DNA of 59,846 bases, the filler included. It is 4 parts of 4 records of this genome, joined end to end, with 100 filler letters (N's around TTAATTAATTAA, not from the genome) between each part and the next. Parts side by side here need not be neighbours in the genome. Positions count along the whole stretch, not along the records: positions 42,521 to 51,483 come from SRR31147125_14464; positions 51,584 to 59,846 come from SRR31147125_14495; 2 more parts are not named here. One strand, written 5' to 3'. This document shows positions 42,887-53,824 of the stretch, one piece after another. Position 1 is the stretch's first letter. Every line of letters begins with the position of its first letter. The position numbers were made by a program, and so were the translations under genes. The notes under the pieces were generated by a model. It was not told where the DNA came from and did not search any database. It saw nothing but the letters and a program-made list of their open reading frames with translations.

Positions 42887-43414
42887 TTAAAATATTTTAA
42901 CTCCAACAACAAGGGAAATCATTGATTGGGTAAATTCTTCATCAGCTAATGTTAAGCCATGACTTGAATAAAGAAGTTCTCCCTGTAAATTCAAGATATC
43001 AATTCCAAGCCCAAAAGCTGTATAAGTTTCACCCTCGGAATCATCATGAGTATAACCTTCCAAATTCATTATTCTAATAGTTCCATACTTAGCAACAATA
43101 TATGGTCTAAACACAACAGGGAAAAGATTAAACTTAACATATCCATATGTTAAACGCTGCTGGAACTCAAAACCATCATCAGGTGCATATGAAGAGCCAG
43201 TATCCCATTGCATAGCAGCTCCAGCTTGAATTAAATATAAATCCTGCCCAACCTCGAATCCGTAAGAGTAAACTGTATCGGCTCCAGCCTCTAGCTCTCC
43301 ATCAGAGTCCTTATATGTCTGTGAAAGAGACATAGGAACTCTTAGAGTAATATCAAGTGCATATAATGGCATACTAATTATAAAAGCTGCGATAATAATA
43401 TATATTTTTTTCAT
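42887..43414 (-). CDS. Small outer-membrane beta-barrel protein
   Basis: GGAGG RBS, signal MKKIYIIIAAFIISMPLYA, alternating strands, C-terminal VGVKIF. Confidence 0.75.
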   Translation of the reverse strand: MKKIYIIIAAFIISMPLYALDITLRVPMSLSQTYKDSDGELEAGADTVYSYGFEVGQDLYLIQAGAAMQWDTGSSYAPDDGFEFQQRLTYGYVKFNLFPVVFRPYIVAKYGTIRIMNLEGYTHDDSEGETYTAFGLGIDILNLQGELLYSSHGLTLADEEFTQSMISLVVGVKIF

Positions 43415-43781
43415 AAATAACCCTCCCAAGATTAGTTTATCTTTATTTTAGCACATTTAGATAATGAAATTAAATTTTTATTATGATTTTTTACAAGTGG
43501 CAAACTACTCTATATCTATTATCGAAATAAAACAAAATTAATTTAGAGGAAATTTCGTAAAAAGGTGTAAATACCTATAACAACTAACTTTTTTATTTGT
43601 ATATAATATAAACTTGTTAGTTTAAAATCCCATGAAAGTTTTTAACGCTTCAAAGGCTTTGAAGGTTAATTAGTGAAAATGTTTTTTACTGTGTTGACAA
43701 AGCGCTTTTATATTTTGATCTGAAAAAATAATACGAGTTAATGTTTAGTCGTAACAGAACTGTATCGGAAAGGAGAAAGTT

Positions 43782-43943
43782 ATGTTAGTGAGTAAATTGA
43801 AGTTTTACGAAGATCTGTATAGGGAAGAGTTAGAGATAGTTGAGCAGGAGATGGAGAAACACCCTTTTGAAATGGAATATGTTGAATCATGGAAAATGTT
43901 GGCCGAATTGTTAAATCAAATTCAAATAGCTAAAAACAGATAA
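43782..43943 (+). CDS. Small acidic helical protein (53 aa), not in the ORF track
   Basis: AAGGAG RBS; MLVSKLKFYEDLYREELEIVEQEMEKHPFEMEYVESWKMLAELLNQIQIAKNR*; terminator directly after. Confidence 0.7.
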   Translation: MLVSKLKFYEDLYREELEIVEQEMEKHPFEMEYVESWKMLAELLNQIQIAKNR

Positions 43944-43968
43944 AACGACCTAATATTAGGTCGTTTTT
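43942..43968. terminator. Bidirectional terminator
   Basis: AAAACGACCTAAT/ATTAGGTCGTTTT palindrome with a T tail. Confidence 0.85.
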
Positions 43969-44919
43969 TTATATATTTAGCTTAATTATTATATCTAAAG
44001 TCATATCTTTATTAATGTATTTGGCTATATCAACTGCAAGGTTTTTAGCGAGTGGTCTTTTTGATTGTAAAACATACATATCATTTTCAAATTTAATAGT
44101 TGTATCAACAAACTGCATTATTTTCTTTTGTAAACTTTCACAATTTTTGATATCTTTATCCTCTTTAAAAATCATATTATAGTCACTAAACCACACAACA
44201 GTTCTCAAGTTATAAACCTTTCCTATCTTCTCAGCGACATCTTTTGCAATCTCCTCGGAGAAGGTCTCTTTACTAAATAGTCTATAATACTCACCTAATA
44301 GAATAGTTTCAGTGTCAATAACGTCTTTTAGGATGTTTTTAATTCTTTCAGAATCATTAAAATTTTTGCTAGATCTAAATTGAATCTGATATTTTTCAGC
44401 TGAAATTCTATAAGCAAGAGTATTATTTTCTTTATTTTCAAGAATAGTTATTTTTCCTTTTTTGACTACTTTTTTAGGAGAAGTCTTTTTAGCTACAGTT
44501 TTAGCTTTTTTTTCAACTTTTTTCTCTTCTGTTTTCTTTTCTTCAGTCTCAACATTTGTTTCGTTTGTTAGATTAGCTTGCTCTTCTTTAGTAGTTTCAG
44601 CCTTTGCAACAGTTTCTTTCTCAGCTAACTTTACTTTTTCTTTAGCTATTTTCTTCTTTTCAAGCTTTGAAGAATCAGCATCCTCTTCATTATTTTTTTC
44701 AGAGTTTTTAGGCTCATCTTTATCATCTTTTAAACTTTCAATCTCTTTAAGGAGTTTTTTAAACTCCTCTCTCTCAACATTTTCCTTTTCTTCAACTTGT
44801 GCAAATTCAGTTTTTGGCTTGTCTGAAGTTCTCTCATTTTTGTCAGAAAACGCCCAAAACAATGAACCAGAGATAATCATACCTATTCCAAGTCCAAGGA
44901 AAAAATAGCTTTTAAACAT
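43969..44919 (-). CDS. Membrane-anchored protein, Lys/Glu linker, two SPOR-like C-terminal domains
   Basis: N-terminal TM FFLGLGIGMIISGSLFW; YQIQF...YYRL and YNMIF...MYVL beta-alpha-beta units. Confidence 0.55.
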   Translation of the reverse strand: MFKSYFFLGLGIGMIISGSLFWAFSDKNERTSDKPKTEFAQVEEKENVEREEFKKLLKEIESLKDDKDEPKNSEKNNEEDADSSKLEKKKIAKEKVKLAEKETVAKAETTKEEQANLTNETNVETEEKKTEEKKVEKKAKTVAKKTSPKKVVKKGKITILENKENNTLAYRISAEKYQIQFRSSKNFNDSERIKNILKDVIDTETILLGEYYRLFSKETFSEEIAKDVAEKIGKVYNLRTVVWFSDYNMIFKEDKDIKNCESLQKKIMQFVDTTIKFENDMYVLQSKRPLAKNLAVDIAKYINKDMTLDIIIKLNI

Positions 44920-45225
44920 ATAGCCTCCAAATTTTATAATAATCATAAATTTTTATGTATCGTAACAAAGTATAATTTTTTTACTTTGCTATATAATTAA
45001 GTTGTAATGCTTTATTCCTTTACAGGTCTCAATCATTATACAATAAATTACTACTTTTTTCAATTTTTATCACAAGTGCTTTGCATAATTCAATAAATAA
45101 TCTAAAATATTTTAAATTTAACTTTTCTAGTTAAAAGAATTATAAAAATACTCTTACGCAAAAAATTCATCATATGTTTGGCCTTAAAAAAGCAACAGAC
45201 ATTATAAGCCTGTTGCCCAATTAAA

Positions 45226-46636
45226 CTATTTTTTTCAATTAATTTCATAAGTGGGAACGTAAGGATAACCTCTGTACCAACATTAACAATACTATTAATA
45301 GTAATATTACCGTCATGAAGCTCTATAATAGATTTTGCTATGGATAAACCTAATCCAGTTCCACCTGTTTTTTTAGTACGAGACTCATCAACTCTATAGA
45401 ATCTATTGAATAGGTTTGGAATAGCTTTTTCAGGTATACCAATTCCACTATCCTTAACACTAAGGGATACATGGTTATCACTATTTTCGCATGAAATTGA
45501 GATAGTTCCCCCTCTTCAGTATATTTGATACTGTTTTCTAGTATAATTCTCAAAAGTTGAAGTATAAGTTTCCCATCACCAAAAACAACTGCATTGTCAT
45601 TTTTTAAGATTTTAATATTATGAACATTGTTATCGATTAGTTTTGAATCTTTAAATAATTTATCCATTATGAGATTTAATTCGATATTCTCAAAATTAGT
45701 TTTGAGTTTATTATTCTCTTCTCTAGCTATAAATAGGAGTCTCTCAATAAGATTTTTCATATTACTAACTTCATCAGTAATTGATTCAATGGATTCATCT
45801 AGGATTTCAGGATTATTTTTACCCCAACCTCCTAAAATTTCAACATATCCCTGAATAACAGAAAGTGGTGTTCTCAGTTCATGTGATGCATCAGATATAA
45901 ATTGATTTTGCATATCAAATGATATCTCCAGACGCTCAATCATGTTGTTAATTATATTAATTAGATCACTTATCTCATCATCGTTTTCTGGCACAGGTAT
46001 TCTTTTATCAAGGTTTTTAGCAGTAATCTCTCTAGTGGTAGCAGTAATATGCCTAACAGGAATCAAGATACTTCGAGTGATTATTTTACCTAAGAATATG
46101 GATATACTTAGTGCAAAAATGGATGTAATGGTTAGTGTAAAATTAAGTGTCTGATAAAAGGCGTTAAAATCAGATATATCCTTGATTAACTGAACATTAA
46201 TAAGCAGGTCATCTTGTTCAAGTTTTGTATTAAGATACAGATAAACTTGACCTTTTTCATGTAATTCATAAACTTTAATTTTATCTAAATTTTTATCCAT
46301 TGGAATATTTAGTGAGATATTATCAAAGTTCCAATAGTATGAACCCTTCTCATATCTAATATTTGCAAATATAAATTTTCTTTCTCTACTAAGACTCATT
46401 AGTAGTGTTTTAAGCTCATTTGCATTATTATTTGCATTATATCTCTCAAGTTGTGCAAAGATATAATTTTTTTGAGTTTGAATATCTTTTTTCATGGTAT
46501 TTACAAGTAAAATAGAGGTTAGATTACTTACTAAAATACTTATAAGAATTAAAATAGCTAAAAAGAAAGCCGTATAGATAAGCGTTATTCTATAGGAAAT
46601 TTTCATTTCAGAAATTTTATTTAATAAATTTTTCAA
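45226..46636 (-). CDS. HAMP sensor histidine kinase (ArlS-like), frameshift at ~45510; exact stop uncertain
   Basis: FISDASHELRTPL; ENSIKY; the shifted frame continues VKDSGIGI..FYRVDESR..GGTGLGLSIAK. Confidence 0.9.
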
Positions 46637-46680
46637 AATAATTCTCCAATCTTAAAGAATTTTATATTTAAAATTCTCTA

Positions 46681-47358
46681 TCAATTCTCCTCTTTGATTG
46701 TATATCCAACTCCACGTACAGTTTTGATTAATTTTTTATCAAAAGGTTTATCAACTTTATCTCTTAAATATTTAATATAAACATCTAAAATGTTATCACT
46801 ACCAAAATAGTCGTAACCCCAAATTCTATTTAGGATTTTTTCTCTAGTTAAAACTATTCCTTTATTTTCCATTAATAAGTATAAAAGGTCAAACTCAGTT
46901 TTTGAAAGTTCAATAATTTTACCATCACGTGTAACCTCAAAAGTTTCTTTGTTTAACATTAAATCATTTACTTTTATAATCTCTTTAGATTTCTCTTTTC
47001 TCTGTTTTCTTAAGTTAGAACGTATTCTAGCAGATAATTCCTCAAATACAAAAGGTTTAGTTAAATAATCATCAGCTCCCGTGTCAAGTCCCGAAACTTT
47101 ATCCCTGACGTCGTCTTTTGCTGTAAGCATAATAATAGGGATATCGCTAAACTGTCTAACTCTATTACACACCTCTATTCCATCAATTCTTGGTAACATT
47201 AAATCTAATAAAACTAAATCATAATTATTTTTTTCAATCTTTGTTAAACCTTCCGAACCATCAAACGCTGTGTCTGTGATATATCCTTCATGTTTCAACT
47301 GCAACTCTATTAGCCTAGAGATTTTTACTTCGTCTTCTACGATTAGAATTCTTTCCAT
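46681..47358 (-). CDS. OmpR-family response regulator
   Basis: LDLMLP, MLTAK, GADDYLTKPF, IKTVRGVGY. Confidence 0.96.
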   Translation of the reverse strand: MERILIVEDEVKISRLIELQLKHEGYITDTAFDGSEGLTKIEKNNYDLVLLDLMLPRIDGIEVCNRVRQFSDIPIIMLTAKDDVRDKVSGLDTGADDYLTKPFVFEELSARIRSNLRKQRKEKSKEIIKVNDLMLNKETFEVTRDGKIIELSKTEFDLLYLLMENKGIVLTREKILNRIWGYDYFGSDNILDVYIKYLRDKVDKPFDKKLIKTVRGVGYTIKEEN

Positions 47359-47559
47359 TTTGTAATCTCTCCTTCCAAATCTTCATACTAAATAGTATAA
47401 TAAATTTGTAAATTATTCAATACAAGAGTTCTGTATGTTCTCTTATAATATTAGGAGAAGTAGATTAAAATTATGTTAGAAATGTGAATACTATTTTAAT
47501 ATGATTATAAGTTATTATTTATATAATAGCTAAGTATCTGAAATTTTGGAGGTATTAAA

Positions 47560-49515
47560 ATGATTAAAAAGGTTAAATTAATTTTGATTTTACTATTGTT
47601 AACTAGTTTCCAAGTTTTTTCAATAGGGATAGAAGATATAATCAAATCAGGAAAAAAGGCAACTAAAAAAAATTATCCAAATGCACACTTTGTTTTGGTT
47701 AATGAGGAAAAAATCGTTGAGTATAAAGACGATGGAACATATATTTATGAAGATGAATATTATATAAAAGTATTAGATGAAAAAGGTAAAGAGTATCAAA
47801 GAGTGTTATCTCTTTCTTATGATAAAAACTATGAGAAAACGAATTTTGAATTTGTAAAATTGATTAAAAAAGATGGAACAGTTGTCAAAATAGATATAGA
47901 GAATAATATTCAGGATAAAGTTTCACCTAGTTCACAGAGTTCAAATATTTATAGTGAAAATGAAAGGATATTGACTCTTAACGTAGCAAATGTTGAAATA
48001 GGTGATGTTATTGGAGTTAAAGAGCGTGTAGAGGTGTTTAAACCACGAATGATAAGAGAGTTTGCAGACTATACATATGCTGAGAATGTTTATCCAATTA
48101 TGTCGCTAACATCAATAATAAAAGCGCCTACTTCAAATCCATTAGAAATCTCTAAAGTATTAAATCCAAAAGAGGGGAAATATACTCTGGATAGAGAGTA
48201 CAAGGGTGATCAGTTAGTCTATACTTTTAAGGCAAAAGACATAGAACAGATTGTAACGGAACCATTGATGCCTCCAATAAATGAACTTGCTATGAAATGG
48301 GGAGTGTCTACAACTGCTGAGTGGAAAGACGTATCAAAATGGTATTATTATCTAACAGAACCTAAGATGCAATTAACTAAAGAAATAAAAGATAAAACAT
48401 TAGAATTAACTAAAAATTTAGAAACTGATATGGAAAAAATAGAGGCTATATTTTTCTGGGTATCACGTAATGTTAGGTACTTAGGAATCACTTTAGAGGA
48501 TAATAGGCCAGGGCTTGAACCACATGATATTTCATATACTTTTGATAGTATGACAGGGGTATGCCGAGATAAAGCTGCTCTAATAGTTGCTATGTTACGA
48601 TACGCAGGTTATGACGCAGATATGGTGCTTATGAATGCTAGTAGAAAAATGGACAAAGAGGTGCCAACAACATTTTTTAACCATGCAATAGCTGGAGTAG
48701 ATTTTGGAGGGAACTATATTCTCATGGATCCAACTGATGAAACAACGAAAGTTATTTTCCCGGAATACTTAATGGATAAACCTTATTTAGCGGCAAAAAT
48801 AAAAGGTTACGATTTAGAGTACAGTTCAATAAAAACAGCAGAAGAGAATATTGTTTATGTTTCAAATAAAATAGATGTTAGAGATGATAAATATTTTGTA
48901 AATGCTTTAATTAGTTTTGAGGGAATAAACGACAGTGCATACAGAAACTATTTAATCAGTTTAAATGAAAAGCAGCGAAAAGATTTTATAAGAAGAGTAT
49001 TAAAGAGTATGTCTTCTGATATTAAACTTATCAATTATAAAATATACCCAAGAGATTTAGCAGATACAGATAAACTTGAAATTGTAATTGAGTATGAAGT
49101 TGATGATGTAATTACTGGAAACGAAGTAAAGATGCTTGAAATCTTGAAGATTGGAAATCATTTTGGGCTTTATAACTGGATATTGGGGGATTTATCTTTA
49201 ACAAGTAGAAACTATCCTATTAGGTTATCGTCAACAGCATCAATATTTGAGTTAACTGAAATTGTATATAATGGCGAAATATTAGCTTTACCAGATAGAT
49301 TAGAATATTCGATAGCTTCAGAAGATGATAAATATGATAGTAGGAAAAATAAATTTGACTATAAAGCTACTTATGAAGTTTTAGATGATAAAGTCAAAAT
49401 TATTAGATATAGAAAACTAAATAGTTTAGATTATAGTCTTGACGAATATTATAAGTTGAGAGAGATGTTTGCAACGATAGAGAATTATGAGCAAAAAGAG
49501 ATTATAGTTAAATAG
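47560..49515 (+). CDS. Exported DUF3857 + transglutaminase-like protein, intact Cys-His-Asp
   Basis: Signal peptide; NVEIGDVI; VRYLGI; GVCRDKA, FNHAIA, MDPT. Confidence 0.85.
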   Translation: MIKKVKLILILLLLTSFQVFSIGIEDIIKSGKKATKKNYPNAHFVLVNEEKIVEYKDDGTYIYEDEYYIKVLDEKGKEYQRVLSLSYDKNYEKTNFEFVKLIKKDGTVVKIDIENNIQDKVSPSSQSSNIYSENERILTLNVANVEIGDVIGVKERVEVFKPRMIREFADYTYAENVYPIMSLTSIIKAPTSNPLEISKVLNPKEGKYTLDREYKGDQLVYTFKAKDIEQIVTEPLMPPINELAMKWGVSTTAEWKDVSKWYYYLTEPKMQLTKEIKDKTLELTKNLETDMEKIEAIFFWVSRNVRYLGITLEDNRPGLEPHDISYTFDSMTGVCRDKAALIVAMLRYAGYDADMVLMNASRKMDKEVPTTFFNHAIAGVDFGGNYILMDPTDETTKVIFPEYLMDKPYLAAKIKGYDLEYSSIKTAEENIVYVSNKIDVRDDKYFVNALISFEGINDSAYRNYLISLNEKQRKDFIRRVLKSMSSDIKLINYKIYPRDLADTDKLEIVIEYEVDDVITGNEVKMLEILKIGNHFGLYNWILGDLSLTSRNYPIRLSSTASIFELTEIVYNGEILALPDRLEYSIASEDDKYDSRKNKFDYKATYEVLDDKVKIIRYRKLNSLDYSLDEYYKLREMFATIENYEQKEIIVK

Positions 49516-49563
49516 AAATATAATATGTTTAAAAAGAGATGTGACTCATATGGAGGAATAAAT

Positions 49564-51423
49564 ATGAAAAGAATAGTATTGTTTTTTCTACTAAGTATAT
49601 GTTCATTTGCAAATATATACGAAACTAAAATAGATATGGAGAGGTACCCCAATTCATCAATAGCAATCTTGCTGGATGAAAGTCAAATTAAGCTAAATGA
49701 AGATTATAGCTATGAGATGACTACAAGGGAAGTAAAAAAAATTCTTAATTATAAGGGGAAAAAAGAGCATTCAGAATACAAGCTTTATTTTGATAGTAGA
49801 TATGAAGAGATAGAGATAGTTAATGCCTTTACGATAAAGGAAAATGGCGAAAAAATAGAGGTAGTTAGAGATGAGATAAAGGTCTTAGATTCTCCGGATT
49901 CGTTTTGGAAAATGGAATTCGCCGTTGAGAAAGTAATGGTTCTATCCTTTAAATCAGTAGAGGTAGGCGATATAGTAGAGATAGAGTATATAAGGAAAAA
50001 CACTAAACGAGATAAGCTTGCTAGTAAAATAATTTTTACAAGTAGTGAAGCACTGTATAAGAAAAAAATAAGTATAATTTATCCTGAAAAATTAAAACTT
50101 CATATATTTGAAACTAATTTTACAGATGAAATTGTTAAATCAGAAGAAATGATTGACGGCAAAAAGAAAATTTCATACGAAATGAATAATTTGATACAGT
50201 ATATTTACGAAGAGAAGATGCCGCGTTTAAGCTATATTTTCCCAACGATTCACTATACAATGTATGATAACTGGAGAGAATATTTGGCTGAGATTAGAAA
50301 AATTTACTTAGATAATTTAGTTGGTGATATTGAAGTAGCCTATGAACTTCAAAAAGCTGTAGATATAAAGAAAGATAAATATACACAAATTGAGCAATTG
50401 AAGGATTATTTTGCAAAAAATATTGCTTTGATACCGATAAATGATTTAAGAAGTTTTGAATTACGACCAATAAAAGATATAATAGAGAAAAAATATGGAA
50501 CTTCTTTTGAGAGAACTCTACTATTTGGAATCATGCTTGATTATCTCGGTGTAGACAATAGACTAATAATATTAGGAGAAAATAAAAAATATTTTGATTT
50601 AGAAAAAGAATTTATAGATATTTCAGATTTCAACTATATGATAATAGAATTTGTATTAGATGGGAAGAGATATTATGTTGACCCAGTAAGTGAATTTATT
50701 AAGCTAGATGAATTTAATGAAGAAAATATTGTAGGTATGCCTCTAGGTGGAAAAGTTGATTTTATTGAAATAAAATCGGAGAAACCCAATGAAAAATCAA
50801 GCAAAACAGTAATTTTATTAGACGATGTAGGAGATGCAAAGATAGACAAAAAGTTATCTTATACAGGAATGAAGGCTTCAGCAATTAGAGAGAAATATAA
50901 ATATATGACTGAGATAGATAAAAATAAAGATTATGAATCGATTTTGTCTGGCATCTCTTTAAATGTGGAAAAAATTTCTGAAAAAAGAAATATTGACTTA
51001 GGAGAGACAGCTGAGATTTCTTATAGTTATTTGCATAAGAATTTTATTATTAAAACGGGAGAGTATGAGTATTTTAATTTACCAATCTACATGAATCCAT
51101 TTAGATTTAATCTTCCGCCAGATATAAGAAACTACCCAATTGAAAATAGAGGCGAGGATATATTTAAAAGAGAGATTCATTTGATAATTCCTGAAAATAG
51201 AGAATTTGTTGATAAACCACAAGATATTAACTTGGAAACGGATCTATTTATCATAGATAGAAAATGTAACGTTGAAAATGGAAAATTAATAATTAAAGAT
51301 TATATTAAGTATAAAGAGAATATTATAACTCAAGAAGCTTATGAAAATATCTATAAAATAAATTTAGAACTATCGAAGAAGAAGCAAACTAGAGTACTTT
51401 TGAAGAAAAAACAAGTAAAATAA
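49564..51423 (+). CDS. Exported DUF3857 + transglutaminase-like paralogue, catalytically degenerate
   Basis: GGAGG RBS, MKRIVLFFLLSICSFA; SVEVGDIVEIEY; YGTSFER, FNYMI, VDP at the triad positions. Confidence 0.8.
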   Translation: MKRIVLFFLLSICSFANIYETKIDMERYPNSSIAILLDESQIKLNEDYSYEMTTREVKKILNYKGKKEHSEYKLYFDSRYEEIEIVNAFTIKENGEKIEVVRDEIKVLDSPDSFWKMEFAVEKVMVLSFKSVEVGDIVEIEYIRKNTKRDKLASKIIFTSSEALYKKKISIIYPEKLKLHIFETNFTDEIVKSEEMIDGKKKISYEMNNLIQYIYEEKMPRLSYIFPTIHYTMYDNWREYLAEIRKIYLDNLVGDIEVAYELQKAVDIKKDKYTQIEQLKDYFAKNIALIPINDLRSFELRPIKDIIEKKYGTSFERTLLFGIMLDYLGVDNRLIILGENKKYFDLEKEFIDISDFNYMIIEFVLDGKRYYVDPVSEFIKLDEFNEENIVGMPLGGKVDFIEIKSEKPNEKSSKTVILLDDVGDAKIDKKLSYTGMKASAIREKYKYMTEIDKNKDYESILSGISLNVEKISEKRNIDLGETAEISYSYLHKNFIIKTGEYEYFNLPIYMNPFRFNLPPDIRNYPIENRGEDIFKREIHLIIPENREFVDKPQDINLETDLFIIDRKCNVENGKLIIKDYIKYKENIITQEAYENIYKINLELSKKKQTRVLLKKKQVK

Positions 51424-51483
51424 TGAATTATTAAAAATGAACTCTTAATTTTATAAGGGTTTATTCTTATTTACCCATTTTTT

Positions 51484-51583
51484 NNNNNNNNNNNNNNNNN
51501 NNNNNNNNNNNNNNNNNNNNNNNNNNNTTAATTAATTAANNNNNNNNNNNNNNNNNNNNNNNNNNNNNNNNNNNNNNNNNNNN
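51484..51583. other. Artificial contig linker
   Basis: N-run / TTAATTAATTAA / N-run. Confidence 0.98.
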
Positions 51584-52228
51584 AAAAAATATGATAAGTA
51601 TATGTTTGACAATGGGAATTACGTGCATGAATCAGTTGAAAAATTTAATAGACATGGTCAGATGAAGTTCCAAGCATTTTATGATGAAAATGGAGAATTG
51701 ACAGTTGGGAATTTCTACTCGCTTTGTAAAAGATCGTTTTACCCCTTTATAAATGTATCATGGAAAGATTATTGGGAGGATTATGTTTATGATGATGGCA
51801 CAGTTGCTGCTGTTAGAGAACAATATATGGATGTTTTTGGTAGATTGATATTACATAACAACTTTGATGAAAATGGAAATCTTGTCATCTGTGGTGATCA
51901 TGCTAAATGCTATACTGAATACTATAATCTTTCAAATCGAAAAAAGAGAAAAGTGTTTTTTCAATATAAATATGATGATGGAACTATAGTTGCAAAGAAA
52001 GAAATAACATATAGTGAATCAGGGCGGATTAAAACCGAGAGAAATTATGATGATGAAGATAACTTAATCGTAGGAGAAAACTTTTCTATGCGTGAAACAG
52101 AATACTATAAAAGAACAAACCGGATAAAAAAATAGATTCGGTATGATTATATTGACGATGAGGGAAATCTAATTGAAAAGTTTGAGGTTGCCTACGATGA
52201 AAACGGAGAGATAAAATTTTCAAACTAA
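51584..52228 (+). CDS. 5'-truncated protein of ~61-aa YD/MORN-like repeats; in-frame TAG at 52133-52135
   Basis: Repeated (Y/F)DENG..YDDGT units; the same frame continues IRYDYIDDEGNLIEKFEVAYDENGEIKFSN* after TAG. Confidence 0.6.
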
Positions 52229-52327
52229 TAATTTGATTATGGTTTTACGAGTTATTCTTGATGAATTCTAGATTTGCATGAATGAAACTTATTTTAATTC
52301 TATATTAAAGATAATATCAGCTATTAA

Positions 52328-52356
52328 TTGAAGAATAGCATAAATTATGCTAAAAT
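52328..52356 (+). promoter_or_regulatory. sigmaA-type promoter of yebC
   Basis: TTGAAG-17 bp-TAAAAT with extended TG. Confidence 0.55.
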
Positions 52357-52410
52357 AATTTTTACTAAAGATTAATTAAAAAAATGTATAAATGATAGAG
52401 GAGTTTTAAA

Positions 52411-53142
52411 ATGGCAGGGCATTCAAAATGGGCGAATATTAAACATAGAAAAGGCAAGGCGGATGCTAAGCGAGGGAAAGTATTTACGAAGCTTGGGAGA
52501 GAAATTGTAGTTGCTGTAAAGCAAGGCGGAAGCGGTGACCCTGATGTAAATTCTAGGCTTAAAGATGTAATTGCTAAATGCCGAGCGGCAAATATGCCTA
52601 ATGATAATATTCAAAGATCGATTAAAAAAGCGACCGGCGAAGGTGCTAACGTAAACTATGAATCTATAGTATATGAGGGTTATGGCCTTGGAGGGGTAGC
52701 TGTTATTGTTGAAGCGCTAACAGATAACAAAAACCGTACTGCTGGAGAAGTAAGATACGCATTTGATAAGATGGGTGGATCACTTGGAACAACAGGATGT
52801 GTTTCGTATTTATTTGATAAAAAAGGTGTTATTGCCATTGAACAAGTGGATGGAGTAGATGAAGAAGCTTTGATGATGCAAGCTTTAGAAGCTGGTGCTG
52901 ATGATATTGAAAGCAGTGATGGTGTATACGAGATATCAACAGACCCAGAAAGCTTTTCGGCTGTTAGCTCTGCGCTTATAGATGAGGGCTATGAGTTTTT
53001 GGTTGCTGAAGTTCAGCTTGTTGCTCAGACCAGTGTGGAAGTTACCGAAGAAAACACAGAAAAAACAATGAAAATGTTAGATTTGTTAGAAGATAATGAT
53101 GATGTTACAAATGTTTACCATAACGCTGTTTTTGCCGAATAA
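52411..53142 (+). CDS. yebC: YebC/PmpR family protein
   Basis: [40 protein letters not shown]. Confidence 0.97.
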   Translation: MAGHSKWANIKHRKGKADAKRGKVFTKLGREIVVAVKQGGSGDPDVNSRLKDVIAKCRAANMPNDNIQRSIKKATGEGANVNYESIVYEGYGLGGVAVIVEALTDNKNRTAGEVRYAFDKMGGSLGTTGCVSYLFDKKGVIAIEQVDGVDEEALMMQALEAGADDIESSDGVYEISTDPESFSAVSSALIDEGYEFLVAEVQLVAQTSVEVTEENTEKTMKMLDLLEDNDDVTNVYHNAVFAE

Positions 53143-53201
53143 GAATATCTAACATATATTTTACTTATAATAATCCCACAATCTTTTACGATATTTGTAA
53201 T

Positions 53202-53777
53202 ATGAGGAGGGATTTTTTGGTTATTTCAAAGAAATTCAAGGCGTTTTTTGTAATAGCATTTTTATTTGTTATACTATATTTATCTATAGTTACAGGTTAT
53301 AAATTAGGGTTAGAGCAAAGCAGCGAATCGGACACGCAGCTACAAGAGGTTTCGGTGCTTGATAGTAAAGATACTATAAAGCAAAACACAGTTATAAATA
53401 CAACAATTATTTTTTCAAAATGCGGTCATGAAATTAATAAAAGCAATATTCCAAGCCAAGATATGCTTGGGCTTAATGCGATAGATTTTAAGGAACGTTT
53501 TTCGGACTATACTATTATCAATTTTTCTTCTAAGCAAGTTGATATAGTAAAAAAAATTGACGCCTACTGTGATAAACATTATGTTCTTAAACTTTTAGGA
53601 AGTAAAGCGGTTATATACAATTATGATTTAGAGCTTGATGATTTTAGAATTATGAAAGAGACGGAATTGACAATAAACGAATTGAGTTCGGATAATATTG
53701 AGGTTTTAACAAGAGGAAAGCTCTTTAATTCGCTTGATGATATTGAAAACTATATTGATGGTATAAAAAACGATTAA
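53202..53777 (+). CDS. BofC C-terminal-domain-like membrane-anchored protein
   Basis: N-terminal TM, CGHE, YCDKHYVLK, GKLFNSLDDIENYID; follows yebC as in clostridial loci. Confidence 0.55.
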   Translation: MRRDFLVISKKFKAFFVIAFLFVILYLSIVTGYKLGLEQSSESDTQLQEVSVLDSKDTIKQNTVINTTIIFSKCGHEINKSNIPSQDMLGLNAIDFKERFSDYTIINFSSKQVDIVKKIDAYCDKHYVLKLLGSKAVIYNYDLELDDFRIMKETELTINELSSDNIEVLTRGKLFNSLDDIENYIDGIKND

Positions 53778-53824
53778 ATTCTGTTATAATGTATCAAAAT
53801 ACATTTTAGGAGCGAAAAAGTATT

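Noticed and set aside
43694-43722. TTGACA as the -35 of the small-protein promoter
   Set aside because: No acceptable -10 at 16-18 bp spacing
51584-52228. RHS toxin
   Set aside because: No RHS core terminus (DPxG) or toxin/immunity pair visible; only short YD-like repeats
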